Of a DNA stretch of 64,000 nt, positions 1 through 13,998 are shown in pieces. The notes beneath the pieces were generated by a model. The model saw nothing but the letters and a program-made list of their open reading frames with translations, searched no databases and was not told the origin of the DNA. Position 1 is the first letter of the stretch, and each line of letters opens with the position of its first letter. Position numbers and translations under genes: made by a program. The stretch spans positions 1 to 64,000 of the forward strand of contig JAUCBJ010002949.1 in the NCBI GenBank assembly GCA_032718475.1. Reading direction: 5' to 3'. The stretch is from Nemertoderma westbladi (Eukaryota > Animalia > Xenacoelomorpha).

Positions 1-515
1 TATTTAAATTATAATTTCGGGATTATTTCTAGATGGTTACGAAGCACATATATAATTTAAAATATCATTAAGTTCCTCTGTGGAGAAACCTGGTACGAAT
101 AAATCGCCCTCCCCATGTTTACAGTTGACCAATTCACGACAAAGGTTAATATATGGTAAATTAGAATCATTTACAAACCAAGAAATATTATTGCACATTT
201 TCGCTGTCACACAATGAATAGCTACATTACATTTATTGGCGATACGCTTAAGATTCCTACCACTAATCGACCTACAGTCGTATAATATTATTACATAATA
301 TTATTATATTATTATTACTAATCTATTGTTGTACGTTTTATACTCCTCAAACTTTTTCCCTTTGAATGCACAGCACACTGTAGTCTCAGCGTTTATCTAA
401 TAAATTATTAGTGTTTGTTAAACTTAGATAAACTTCCTCTAATATGAAAACATTTTTCCTATATTTTTCTATTAATTTGTTTAAATTTTATCAGATTACG
501 TAAACTGGACAGGAC

Positions 516-660
516 AGGGAGAAAACTGGAAGCAAATCCAAGCTCTCCTACAATGAACCAAAGTTAATAAAGCAGGTTACAGTTTTATCTTTTGAAGTTA
601 TTAGTTGTTATTTGCGTCGAATTTCCCCTGGAGATGGATGATTTTTTTTTTCTTGCGTGA
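516..660. mobile_element. Partial copy of the non-autonomous TIR element found at 44663-45473
   Basis: caggttacagttttat...gttatttgcgtcgaatttcccctggaga closely matches 45355-45420. Confidence 0.55.
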
Positions 661-2045
661 AAATAAGCAGATCTTAACTGCTAACTCTTACCATCCACAG
701 GTATACGCAAACTTGCGTCCCTTTATCTCATGTAATTAATTACTTTCTAAGACTCCCACAATGAGGAAGCCATTGATTGAACATAAAATACCGAATAATT
801 GTTATTTTCATTTAAAATATTTGTTTCTAGTGCAAAGGTTTGCGGAAGTAATTGATATGCCCAGATCATACATGCGGTTTCATTTTTCAACATGCACCCT
901 TCCAAATAACTAGTTCCCGGTTGACCACACATAAACATTCAACTTTCAGCTCATAAAAAGTGATGGCAAAATTTCAATAGACCAGCTATAATAGGTTTGA
1001 GCATAGTATTCGTTAGGTAAATAGTTGTTATTATTACTTCTGTTTGGTTGGTTCGCTACAATGTTTTCTATATTTAGTTGAATGTTGAAAGTTGACTGAA
1101 AGTTTATTGTAAATAAATATCTGATAGCTCTTGTGTGACCCGGGCCTTATTTGAATGAGAATCTTTTTATGAATGTATAATGCGGACAGACAGACTGAGC
1201 GACAGAAAGAAAGTCATGATTCACTAATAATGCCCCTATGATGAGGGCTCAACCCATCGATCTTAACTAGCAATCGATTGAAATTCCAAATTTATTTTCG
1301 TCAAATTAAAAGGGGTGTATTGAAAGTTAGGAAAGTAGTTTAGAAGCCTAGCAACCACAACGCTCTGTTATTCCCAGTAGTATAATAAGATGTGATGGTT
1401 ACCAGTACGGTACCAAAACAAGAGAGCAATGCCAAGGCCAACTTTTACGAATTAGGCCTATTCTGTAATAAGTGCAAGAAAGGCCTTGCTCTTAAACTCG
1501 CCTGGGCGTGTCCGGTAATGTAATTTAATTGAGGTACCAAATTTCAGATTTATTGACAAGAGTCTTGGCCCACTATTGACTACTCAATTTGTAATATGAA
1601 CTGTTGCTGTAGGCCAGTAGGCACTGTACTGCCGCACCAAGTTACCTACTTATACCTCAATACGGCAAATTGGTCAAAATTAATTTATAAAAACCATATA
1701 ATAAAACTAATAATAAATGCTTGTATTTGGTATTTCCGTTACGGGATATAGGATAGGCCTACAGTATTAACAGAATTAACACTGAGTATAACGCGGTAAC
1801 AATAAAAATTAAACAGATCCGTTAAAAGTGGTTGGCTATTATTACCAATAATTCTGTTATACTGATATCTGGATATTGGACAAAAGAAACAGACTATTTA
1901 CTGATTTACGCTAATGGTACCGTTCCTAGCTGATTATTTGCGAATCAGATGCATCGGTTTTCAACGCGCTGCTTTCAACGAGTTCTCCCTCCGTTTCCAG
2001 CGCCACTCAGGTCTACCGCTCGGCAGACTCACCAACGACAGCGAC

Positions 2046-3620
2046 ATGGCTGAAGGTACCGCAAACGACGGAGACGAGGCTATCCTGAGAGCGGCGGAAG
2101 CCGGCGACCGACTCCGCTGCGAGAAACTCGTAGAATCTCGGGGACTTTCTGTGCTGCAAACCCGCGATGATAAAGGCCACACCGCGGCCCATTGGGCGGC
2201 CCTGGAGGGTCATCTACACGTCATAGACTATCTCGTAGACAACGGTGTCGATTGTAACGAACACAGTACAAACACACGAGCGGGGCACTGCCCCATCCAT
2301 TGGGCCGCGAGTAAAGGTAATGTTAACGTGGTGGACCGATTGGTACAGTGCGGTGTGGATATAGAGGCCCGTGACTACAAGGGGTGCACCCCGCTGATAG
2401 TGGCGGCGCAACACGGACACTCCCTATTGGTCGCCTTCCTACTGGGCCACGGTGCGTCTGTACATTCGGTAGACAAGGAGGGCGACTCCCCTCTCCATTG
2501 GGCCGCCTACCAGGGCCACCCGGACATTATAAAGCTGTTGATGTACTCGGGATCCGACCCTAAACTCGTTGACAAGTACGGACAGACTGCCCTCCATATG
2601 GGCTGCATCAGCGGCGACCTGAACTGCGTTAAAGAGTTGACCGCCAACGACGTGGTAGACCTCCAGGCCCGGGACTTAAAGGGGAACACCCCGTTAACGA
2701 TCTCGGAAGGAAGGACTAACATCCGGGTCAGCGCGTATCTGGACGCGGTCATCGCAAAGAAACGCAGTTACGCAGCTCGCGATCTCTTTGATAAAATCGA
2801 TAGCAGTATATTGTTTGGGTTCATAATGGGAGACCCCGGTAACACAAAGGCTATTTTCTATTTCTTTATATGTAGCCTTTTGTTCTGGGCTTACCCCATG
2901 TACATGGTGTATTGCCTGCCTTTCTGTTGGGACGATTTGAAACCGGTTCACTCACTGTTTATATTCTCTCATTCTGTAATGTGGTTCTGTTTCTTCAACG
3001 GGTGGCTAAGAGATCCGGGATTCCTGGAGACGAACACCGCGGAGTACGATCGAATCATCGCGGGAATAGCCACTAATACCGGTAGCGAGTTAATGGAGAA
3101 ATACAGTCCGGTTAAACGTCTGTGTCACACGTGTCGGTTGGTTAAACCGATGCGGACTAAACATTGTCGCTACTGTAACAGATGCATTTTATCGTTCGAC
3201 CACCATTGCCCTTATATGGTAAACTGTATCGGTTTGGGGAACCGCCCTTATTTCCACGTGTTTGTCTGTTCAGTAACATTTAACACGTGGGTTGGTACTT
3301 ACCTTATTGGGTACATGTTGTATTATGAGGGCTGGTCCTGGTTGTATTTCATAGGTCTGGTTGAAATCCTTGTATTTGTTGGTTTGTCCACACTTATGTG
3401 CATCACCGTATGGTATTCTGCGTTCTGGAATCTGACGGTTAACGAGCGAGCCAACTGGAAACGCTATGAGTATTTGGTTGACGCCCAGGGTAAGTATCTA
3501 AACCCGTTTAACAGGGGATGGGTATCTAATTGTTTAGAATATTTTCATTACTTACCAACCCAGGGAAATGAAGTCATTGCATTCCTTAATAGCAAAAACA
3601 AAAAGATTCATGTTATTTGA
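2046..3620 (+). CDS. Ankyrin-repeat DHHC palmitoyl acyltransferase (ZDHHC13/17/Patsas/Akr1-like), single exon
   Basis: About 6 ankyrin repeats (GHTAAHWAA, GCTPLIVAA, GDSPLHWAA), TM helices, DHHC-CRD CHTCRLVKPMRTKHCRYCNRCILSFDHHCPYMVNCIG, TVNE and NPFNRG motifs. ORF is open from ATG 1914; ATG 2046 (gacATGg) is the likelier start. Confidence 0.93.
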   Translation: MAEGTANDGDEAILRAAEAGDRLRCEKLVESRGLSVLQTRDDKGHTAAHWAALEGHLHVIDYLVDNGVDCNEHSTNTRAGHCPIHWAASKGNVNVVDRLVQCGVDIEARDYKGCTPLIVAAQHGHSLLVAFLLGHGASVHSVDKEGDSPLHWAAYQGHPDIIKLLMYSGSDPKLVDKYGQTALHMGCISGDLNCVKELTANDVVDLQARDLKGNTPLTISEGRTNIRVSAYLDAVIAKKRSYAARDLFDKIDSSILFGFIMGDPGNTKAIFYFFICSLLFWAYPMYMVYCLPFCWDDLKPVHSLFIFSHSVMWFCFFNGWLRDPGFLETNTAEYDRIIAGIATNTGSELMEKYSPVKRLCHTCRLVKPMRTKHCRYCNRCILSFDHHCPYMVNCIGLGNRPYFHVFVCSVTFNTWVGTYLIGYMLYYEGWSWLYFIGLVEILVFVGLSTLMCITVWYSAFWNLTVNERANWKRYEYLVDAQGKYLNPFNRGWVSNCLEYFHYLPTQGNEVIAFLNSKNKKIHVI

Positions 3621-3835
3621 TAACATTCTTTCTCCCCATGGTTTTTTTAACTATTTGTTTAGTAATGGCCTTATATCGGAATTTGTAATTTTATAATTTA
3701 TTATTGTTTATAATTTAATATGTAGGGTTGAGCACAGTGACAGCATTTGATGGTATTGACAGATGGGAGGCCATGAGGGGGTAAATTGCGGACATACAAG
3801 GTACCAGATAGTATTTCCAGGTCTATATTTTACCT

Positions 3836-3945
3836 GAGCCGCTATCAGAATGGTTAGAGCGTCGGACTTCCAACACGAAGGTCACCAGTTCGAATCCCAC
3901 CCAGACGTCATTGCCGACTTTGTAAAGCTGTACACAAAAAAAGTG
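3836..3945 (+). mobile_element. tRNA-derived SINE-like head (Pol III A/B boxes), not a functional tRNA
   Basis: A-box-like TCAGAATGGTTAGAGC, anticodon-arm-like TCGGA-CTTCCAA-CACGA, B box GTTCGAATCC; T-stem and acceptor stem do not pair; A-run near 3936. Confidence 0.65.
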
Positions 3946-3965
3946 ATAAGAAACTGTAATAATAT

Positions 3966-6900
3966 AATAATATATAGCCGATTCAGTGCCTGAATTACAA
4001 ACACCAGTCACCAATGCAACCGTTAGTAAGCAAATAATATATAGCTGATTCAGTGCATGAATTACAAACACCAGTCACCAATGCAACCGTTAGTAAGCAA
4101 ATAATATATAGCCGATTCAGTGCATGAATTACAAACACCAGTCACCAATGCAACCGTTAGTAAGCAAATAATATATAGCCGATTCAGTGCCTGAATTACA
4201 AACACCAGTCACCAATGCAACCGTTAGTAAGCAAATGATATATAGCCGATTCAGTGCCTGAATTACAAACACCAGTCACCAATGCAACCGTTAGTAAGCA
4301 AATAATATATAGCCGATTCAGTGCCTGAATTACAAACACCAATCACCAATGCAACCGTTAGTAAGCAAATAATATATAGCCGATTCAGTGCCTGAATTAC
4401 AAACACCAATCACCAATGCAACCGTTAGTAAGCAAATGATATATAGCCGATTCAGTGCCTGAATTACAAACACCAGTCACCAATGCAACCGTTAGTAAGC
4501 AAATAATATATAGCTGATTCAGTGCATGAATTACAAACACCAGTCACCAATGCAACCGTTAGTAAGCAAATAATATATAGCCGATTCAGTGCCTGAATTA
4601 CAAACACCAATCACCAATGCAACCGTTAGTAAGCAAATAATATATAGCCGATTCAGTGCCTGAATTACAAACACCAGTCACCAATGCAACTGTTAGTAAG
4701 CAAATCTTATATAGCCGATTCAGTGCATGAATTACAAACACCAGTCACCAATGCAACCGTTAGTAAGCAAATAATATATAGCCGATTCAGTGCATGAATT
4801 ACAAACACCAGTCACCAATGCAACCGTTAGTAAGCAAATAATATATAGCCGATTCAGTGCATGAATTACAAACACCAGTCACCAATGCAACCGTTAGTAA
4901 GCAAATAATATATAGCCGATTCAGTGCATGAATTACAAACACCAGTCACCAATGCAACCGTTAGTAAGCAAATAATATATAGCCGATTCAGTGCATGAAT
5001 TACAAACACCAGTCACCAATGCAACCGTTAGTAAGCAAATAATATATAGCCGATTCAGTGCCTGAATTACAAATACCAGTCACCAATGCAACCGTTGGTA
5101 AGCAAATAATATATAGCCGATTCAGTGCCTGAATTACAAACACCAGTCACCAATGCAACCGTTAGTAAGCAAATAATATATAGCCGATTCAGTGCCTGAA
5201 TTACAAATACCAGTCACCAATGCAACCGTTAGTAAGCAAATAATATATAGCCGATTCAGTGCCTGAATTACAAACACCAGTCACCAATGCAACCGTTAGT
5301 AAGCATAATATATAGCCGATTCAGTGCCTGAATTACAAACACCAGTCACCAATGCAACCGTTGGTAAGCAAAGAATATATAGCCGATTCAGTGCCTAAAT
5401 TACAAACACCAGTCACCAATGCAACCGTTAGTAAGCAAATAATATATAGCCGATTCAGTGCCTGAATTACAAACACCAGTCACCAATGCAACCGTTAGTA
5501 AGCAAATAATATATAGCCGATTCAGTGCATGAATTACAAACACCAGTCACCAATGCAACCGTTAGTAAGCAAATAATATATAGCCGATTCAGTGCCTGAA
5601 TTACAAACACCAGTCACCAATGCAACCGTTAGTAAGCAAATAATATATAGCCGATTCAGTGCCTGAATTACAAATACCAGTCACCAATGCAACCGTTGGT
5701 AAGCAAATAATATATAGCCGATTCAGTGCCTAAATTACAAACACCAGTCACCAATGCAACCGTTAGTAAGCAAATAATATATAGCCGATTCAGTGCCTAA
5801 ATTGCAAACACCAGTCACCAATGCAACCGTTAGTAAGCAAATAATATATAGCCGATTCAGTGCATGAATTACAAACACCAGTCACCAATGCAACCGTTAG
5901 TAAGCAAATAATATATAGCCGATTCAGTGCCTGAATTACAAACACCAGTCACCAATGCAACCGTTAGTAAGCAAATAATATATAGCCGATTCAGTGCCTG
6001 AATTACAAACACCAGTCACCAATGCAACCGTTAGTAAGCAAATAATATATAGCCGATTCAGTGCCTGAATTACAAACACCAATCACCAATGCAACCGTTA
6101 GTAAGCTAATAATATATAGCCGATTCAGTGCCTGAATTACAAACACCAGTCACCAATGCAACCGTTAGTAAGCAAATAATATATAGCCGATTCAGTGCCT
6201 GAATTACAAACACCAGTCACCAATGCAACCGTTAGTAAGCAAATAATATATAGCCGATTCAGTGCCTGAATTACAAACACCAGTCACCAATGCAACCGTT
6301 AGTAAGCAAATAATATATAGCCGATTCAGTGCCTAAATTACAAACACCAGTCACCAATGCAACTGTTAGTAAGCAAATAATATATAGCCGATTCAGTGCC
6401 TGAATTACAAACACCAGTCACCAATGCAAACGTTAGTAAGCAAATAATATATAGCCGATTCAGTGCCTGAATTACAAACACCAGTCACCAATGCAACCGT
6501 TAGTAAGCAAATAATATATAGCCGATTCAGTGCCTGAATTACAAACACCAGTCACCAATGCAACCGTTAGTAAGCAAATAATATATAGCCGATTCAGTGC
6601 CTAAATTACAAACACCAGTCACCAATGCAACCGTTAGTAAGCAAATAATATATAGCCGATTCAGTGCATGAATTACAAACACCAGTCACCAATGCAACCG
6701 ATAGTAAGCAAATAATATATAGCCGATTCAGTGCCTGAATTACAAACACCAGTCACCAATGCAACCGTTAGTAAGCAAATAATATATAGCCGATTCAGTG
6801 CCTGAATTACAAATACCAGTCACCAATGCAACCGTTAGTAAGCAAATAATATATAGCCGATTCAGTGCCTGAATTACAAACACCAGTCACCAATGCAACC

Positions 6901-9900
6901 GTTAGTAAGCAAATAATATATAGCCGATTCAGTGCCTGAATTACAAACACCAGTCACCAATGCAACCGTTGGTAAGCAAAGAATATATAGCCGATTCAGT
7001 GCCTAAATTACAAACACCAGTCACCAATGCAACCGTTAGTAAGCAAATAATATATAGCCGATTCAGTGCCTGAATTACAAACACCAGTCACCAATGCAAC
7101 CGTTAGTAAGCAAATAATATATAGCCGATTCAGTGCATGAATTACAAACACCAGTCACCAATGCAACCGTTAGTAAGCAAATAATATATAGCCGATTCAG
7201 TGCCTGAATTACAAACACCAGTCACCAATACAACCGTTAGTAAGCAAAAATATATAGCCGATTCAGTGCCTGAATTACAAATACCAGTCACCAATGCAAC
7301 CGTTGGTAAGCAAATAATATATAGCCGATTCAGTGCCTAAATTACAAACACCAGTCACCAATGCAACCGTTAGTAAGCAAATAATATATAGCCGATTCAG
7401 TGCCTAAATTACAAACACCAGTCACCAATGCAACCGTTAGTAAGCAAATAATATATAGCCGATTCAGTGCCTGAATTACAAACACCAGTCACCAATGCAA
7501 CCGTTGGTAAGCAAATAATATATAGCCGATTCAGTGCCTGAATTACAAACACCAATCACCAATGCAACCGTTAGTAAGCTAATAATATATAGCCGATTCA
7601 GTGCCTGAATTACAAACACCAGTCACCAATGCAACCGTTAGTAAGCAAATAATATATAGCCCATTCAGTGCCTGAATTACAAACACCAGACACCAATGCA
7701 ACCGTTAGTAAGCAAATAATATATAGCCGATTCAGTGCCTGAATTACAAACACCAGTCACCAATGCAACCGTTAGTAAGCAAATAATATATAGCCGATTC
7801 AGTGCCTGAATTACAAACACCAGTCACCAATGCAACCGTTAGTAAGCAAATAATATATAGCCGATTCAGTGCCTGAATTACAAACACCAGTCACCAATGC
7901 AACCGTTAGTAAGCTAATAATATATAGCCGATTCAGTGCCTGAATTACAAACACCAGTCACCAATGCAACCGTTAGTAAGCAAATAATATATAGCCGATT
8001 CAGTGCCTGAATTACAAACACCAGTCACCAATGCAACCGTTAGTAAGCAAATAATATATAGCCGATTCAGTGCCTGAATTACAAACACCAGTCACCAATG
8101 CAACCGTTAGTAAGCAAATAATATATAGCCGATTCAGTGCCTGAATTACAAACACCAGTCACCAATGCAACCGTTAGTAAGCAAATAATATATAGCCGAT
8201 TCAGTGCCTGAATTACAAACACCAGTCACCAATGCAACCGTTAGTAAGCAAATAATATATAGCCGATTCAGTGCCTGAATTACAAACACCAGTCACCAAT
8301 GCAACCGTTAGTAAGCAAATAATATATAGCCGATTCAGTGCCTGAATTACAAACACCAGTCACCAATGCAACCGTTAGTAAGCAAATAATATATAGCCGA
8401 TTCAGTGCCTGAATTACAAACACCAGTCACCAATGCAACCGTTAGTAAGCAAATAATATATAGCCGATTCAGTGCCTGAATTACAAACACCAGTCATCAA
8501 TGCAACCGTTAGTAAGCAAATAATATATAGCCGATTCAGTGCATGAATTACAAACACCAGTCACCAATGCAACCGTTAGTAAGCAAATAATATATAGCCG
8601 ATTCAGTGCCTGAATTACAAACACCAGTCACCAATGCAACCGTTGGTAAGCAAATAATATATAGCCGATTCAGTGCCTGAATTACAAACACCAGTCACCA
8701 ATGCAACCGTTAGTAAGCAAATAATATATAGCCGATTCAGTGCCTGAATTACAAACACCAGTCACCAATACAACCGTTAGTAAGCAACAATATATAGCCG
8801 ATTCAGTGCCTGAATTACAAATACCAGTCACCAATGCAACCGTTGGTAAGCAAATAATATATAGCCGATTCAGTGCCTAAATTACAAACACCAGTCACCA
8901 ATGCAACCGTTAGTAAGCATATAATATATAGCCGATTCAGTGCCTAAATTACAAACACCAGTCACCAATGCAACCGTTAGTAAGCAAATAATATATAGCC
9001 GATTCAGTGCATGAATTACAAACACCAGCCACCAATGCAACCGTTAGTAAGCAAATAATATATAGCCGATTCAGTGCCTGAATTACAAACACCAATCACC
9101 AATGCAACCGTTAGTAAGCTAATAATATATAGCCGATTCAGTGCCTGAATTACAAACACCAGTCACCAATGCAACCGTTAGTAAGCAAATAATATATAGC
9201 CGATTCAGTGCCTGAATTACAAACACCAGTCACCAATGCAACCGTTAGTAAGCAAATAATATATAGCCGATTCAGTGCCTGAATTACAAACACCAGTCAC
9301 CAATGCAACCGTTAGTAAGCAAATAATATATAGCCGATTCAATGCCTAAATTACAAACACCAGTCACCAATGCAACCGTTAGTAAGCAAATAATATATAG
9401 CCGATTCAGTGCCTGAATTACAAACACCAGTCACCAATGCAACCGTTAGTAAGCAAATAATATATAGCCGATTCAGTGCCTGAATTACAAACACCAGTCA
9501 CCAATGCAACCGTTAGTAAGCAAATAATATATAGCCGATTCAGTGCCTGAATTACAAACACCAGTCACCAATGCAACCGTTAGTAAGCAAATAATATATA
9601 GCCGATTCAGTGCCTGAATTACAAACACCAGTCACCAATGCAACCGTTAGTAAGCAAATAATATATAGCCGATTCAGTGCCTGAATTACAAACACCAGTC
9701 ACCAATGCAACCGTTAGTAAGCAAATAATATATAGCCGATTCAGTGCCTGAATTACAAACACCAGTCACCAATGCAACCGTTAGTAAGCAAATAATATAT
9801 AGCCGATTCAGTGCCTGAATTACAAACACCAGTCACCAATGCAACCGTTAGTAAGCAAATAATATATAGCCGATTCAGTGCCTGAATTACAAACACCAGT

Positions 9901-10136
9901 CACCAATGCAACCGTTAGTAAGCAAATAATATATAGCCGATTCAGTGCCTGAATTACAAACACCAGTCACCAATGCAACCGTTAGTAAGCAAATAATATA
10001 TAGCCGATTCAGTGCCTGAATTACAAACACCAGTCACCAATGCAACCGTTAGTAAGCAAATAATATATAGCCGATTCAGTGCCTGAATTACAAACACCAA
10101 TCACCAATGCAACCGTTAGTAAGCAAATAATATATA
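3966..10136. repeat. 67-bp tandem satellite, about 92 copies
   Basis: Unit gccgattcagtgcctgaattacaaacaccagtcaccaatgcaaccgttagtaagcaaataatatata; period checked at 4111 and 4178. Confidence 0.98.
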
Positions 10137-10502
10137 AGATTTTGTTGTACAAATTAGATGAATATCATTCCAGAGATATTTTTAACTATCTATTTGGTAT
10201 AACCTAATTGTGTGTCTAAAAAAAATAAAGCGAGCGAAATTAGTTTGTGGGAGTATTTTGCACCACTTTTATTAATCTACAAATATTATTTCTTGCCAAA
10301 ATTACTAAGCTTAATTTGGTTGAAGCAATGATTGTAGACGGGGTATTTATTTATGTTAATTATGTGTTTTTTGGTTTTAATATGTGTTATTAAGTATCGA
10401 GTGCTTAAATGTATATTTTCTACAATATTTTATCATTGTTTAAATGTTTATTTGTTGGCATCATAATAAATTCAATTTAATAAAAATACTGGAAATCAAG
10501 AG

Positions 10503-13049
10503 CGGACGATGTTGGATATCTCGGATTTGTTTACCATTAGGTACTTTTAGTTCGGACGATGTTAGATATCTCGGATTTGTTTACCATTAGGTACTTTTAG
10601 TTCGGACGATGTTGGATATCTCGGATTTGTTTACCATTAGGTACTTTTAGTTCGGACTATTTTGGATATCTCGGATTTGTTTACCATTAGGTACTTTTAG
10701 TTCGGACGATGTTGGATATCTCGGATTTGTTTACCATTAGGTACTTTTAGTTCGGACGATGTTGGATATCTCGGATTTGTTTACCATTAGGTACTTTTAG
10801 TTCGGACGATGTTGGATATCTCGGATTTGTTTACCATTAGGTACTTTTAATTCGGACGATGTTGGATATCTCGGATTTGTTTACCATTAGGTACTTTTAG
10901 TTCGGACGATGTTGGATATCTCGGATTTGTTTACCATTAGGTACTTTTAGTTCGGACGATTTTGGATATCTCGGATTTGTTTACCATTAGGTACTTTTAG
11001 TTCGGACGATGTTGGATATCTCGGATTTGTTTACCATTAGGTACTTTTAGTTCGGACGATGTTGGATATCGGATTTGTTTACCATTAGGTACTTTTAGTT
11101 CGGACGATGTTAGATATCTCGGATTTGTTTACCATTAGGTACTTTTAGTTCGGACGATGTTGGATATCTCGGATTTGTTTACCATTAGGTACTTTTAGTT
11201 CGGACGATGTTAGATATCTCGGATTTGTTTACCATTAGGTACTTTTAGTTCGGACGATGTTGGATATCTCGGATTTGTTTACCATTAGGTACTTTTAGTT
11301 CGGACGATGTTGGATATCTCGGATTTGTTTACCATTAGGTACTTTTAGTTCGGACGATGTTGGATATCTCGGATTTGTTTACCATTAGGTACTTTTAGTT
11401 CGGACGATGTTGGATATCTCGGATTTGTTTACCATTAGGTACTTTTAGTTCGGACGATGTTGGATATCTCGGATTTGTTTACCATTAGGTACTTTTAGTT
11501 CGGACGATGTTGGATATCTCGAATTTGTTTACCATTAGGTACTTTTAGTTCGGACGATGTTGGATATCTCGGATTTGTTTACCATTAGGTACTTTTAGTT
11601 CGGACGATGTTGGATATCTCGGATTTGTTTACCATTAGGTACTTTTAGTTCGGACGATGTTGGATATCTCGGATTTGTTTACCATTAGGTACTTTTAGTT
11701 CGGACGATGTTGGATATCTCGGATTTGTTTACCATTAGGTACTTTTAGTTCGGACGATGTTGGATATCTCGGATTTGTTTACCATTAGGTACTTTTAGTT
11801 CGGGCGATGTTGGATATCTCGGATTTGTTTACCATTAGGTACTTTTAGTTCGGACGATGTTGGATACTCGGATTTGTTTACCATTAGGTACTTTTAGTTC
11901 GGACGATGTTGGATATCTCGGATTTGTTTACCATTAGGTACTTTTAGTTCGGACGATGTTGGATATCTCGGATTTGTTTACCATTAGGTACTTTTAGTTC
12001 GGACGATGTTGGATATCTCGGATTTGTTTACCATTAGGTACTTTTAGTTCGGACGATGTTGGATATCTCGGATTTGTTTACCATTAGGTACTTTTAGTTC
12101 GGACGATGTTGGATATCTCGGATTTGTTTACCATTAGGTACTTTTAGTTCGGACGATGTTGGATATCTCGGATTTGTTTACCATTAGGTACTTTTAGTTC
12201 GGACGATGTTGGATATCTCGGATTTGTTTACCATTAGGTACTTTTAGTTCGGACGATGTTGGATATCTCGGATTTGTTTACCATTAGGTACTTTTAGTTC
12301 GGACGATGTTGGATATCTCGGATTTGTTTACCATTAGGTACTTTTAGTTCGGACGATGTTGGATATCTCGGATTTGTTTACCATTAGGTACTTTTAGTTC
12401 GGACGATGTTGGATATCTCGGATTTGTTTACCATTAGGTACTTTTAGTTCGGACGATGTTGGATATCTCGGATTTGTTTACCATTAGGTACTTTTAGTTC
12501 GGACGATGTTGGATATCTCGGATTTGTTTACCATTAGGTACTTTTAGTTCGGACGATGTTGGATATCTCGGATTTGTTTACCATTAGGTACTTTTAGTTC
12601 GGACGATGTTGGATATCTCGGATTTGTTTACCATTAGGTACTTTTAGTTCGGACGATGTTGGATATCTCGGATTTGTTTACCATTAGGTACTTTTAGTTC
12701 GGACGATGTTGGATATCTCGGATTTGTTTACCATTAGGTACTTTTAGTTCGGACGATGTTGGATATCTCGGATTTGTTTACCATTAGGTACTTTTAGTTC
12801 GGACGATGTTGGATATCTCGGATTTGTTTACCATTAGGTACTTTTAGTTCGGACGATGTTGGATATCTCGGATTTGTTTACCATTAGGTACTTTTAGTTC
12901 GGACGATGTTGGATATCTCGGATTTGTTTACCATTAGGTACTTTTAGTTCGGACGATGTTGGATATCTCGGATTTGTTTACCATTAGGTACTTTTAGTTT
13001 GGACGATGTTGGATATCTCGGATTTGTTTACCATTAGGTACTTTTAGTT
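10503..13049. repeat. 50-bp tandem satellite, about 51 near-identical copies
   Basis: Unit cggacgatgttggatatctcggatttgtttaccattaggtacttttagtt. Confidence 0.98.
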
Positions 13050-13998
13050 ACTATTTTATTTTTTTATAATAATTTCTTATCCATATGTAAATAATACAAT
13101 TATATTCATACGATTAATTTTACATAATAATAAATTTTCTCAATAATTAGTTAATTATATTGTATATAACATAGTATAGTTTATTTATTTTTGCACTAAT
13201 TAACATTTTGATGGTGTGCACGTGTGATTTACTGTATAACTATTTAAAGCAAAGAGTAAGTTACAAAATACAAATAGTTGTTGTTGTTGTTGTTGTTGTA
13301 GTTACTGTTTATTAGTTTACACTTTAGTAGGACTGATACATTTCCTTAGCCTACCTACACCTAGAACGATTTGTGAAATATTAACAACATGATGTATATT
13401 TAGTCATGGGCATGGATTGATAGATAGGCATTTTGAAAAAAATACACTTTTAATAAAACTATTATTTAATCCTGTCTGATATATGTTCTCATTACGTATA
13501 TGTAATCATTTCGTATGTATCGGGGTGTGTCGGTGTGTGTGTATAGTGTGTATCGGTGCGTAAATGGTATATTTTATTCTTTCAATATTCGCAATATACG
13601 AACTCACCAAAATTTGGAGAACAAAAGCTTAAACAAAACAAGTTTAGCATATTCTCTGCTTATAATAGCTGCTCTACTGCTGCCAGTTTGGGTATTACGG
13701 CACGGAAGTAAGAGAAAAATGAAGACACATGTTAGTAATCAGTTGAGTAGATTCATAAAATTTTAAATTCTTATCACCTCCCTGAATAAGTGGCAAAAAC
13801 ATAAATGATTATTAATATTAACAGTAAATAATGTTAATAGCCGCAAATTCCACTCAGTCGACGCATAAAGAGATTCTTATTTATGGGGCCCATTTTTAAG
13901 AAACCAGCTTTCATATCTTGTAATACAAAATTTGCCGTAATATCTATTAATAATTATCATGTTATGGCTAATAATATGATAATTATATTATCATATTA

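Noticed and set aside
3836-3907. Functional tRNA-Gly(TCC)
   Set aside because: Acceptor and T stems do not pair, so it is treated as a SINE-like head
3966-13049. CRISPR array interpretation of the satellites
   Set aside because: Head-to-tail near-identical units, no unique spacers, no cas genes, eukaryotic context
13883-13998. N-terminal extension of the RTE ORF
   Set aside because: Lies outside or within the TSD, so it is flanking DNA open by chance
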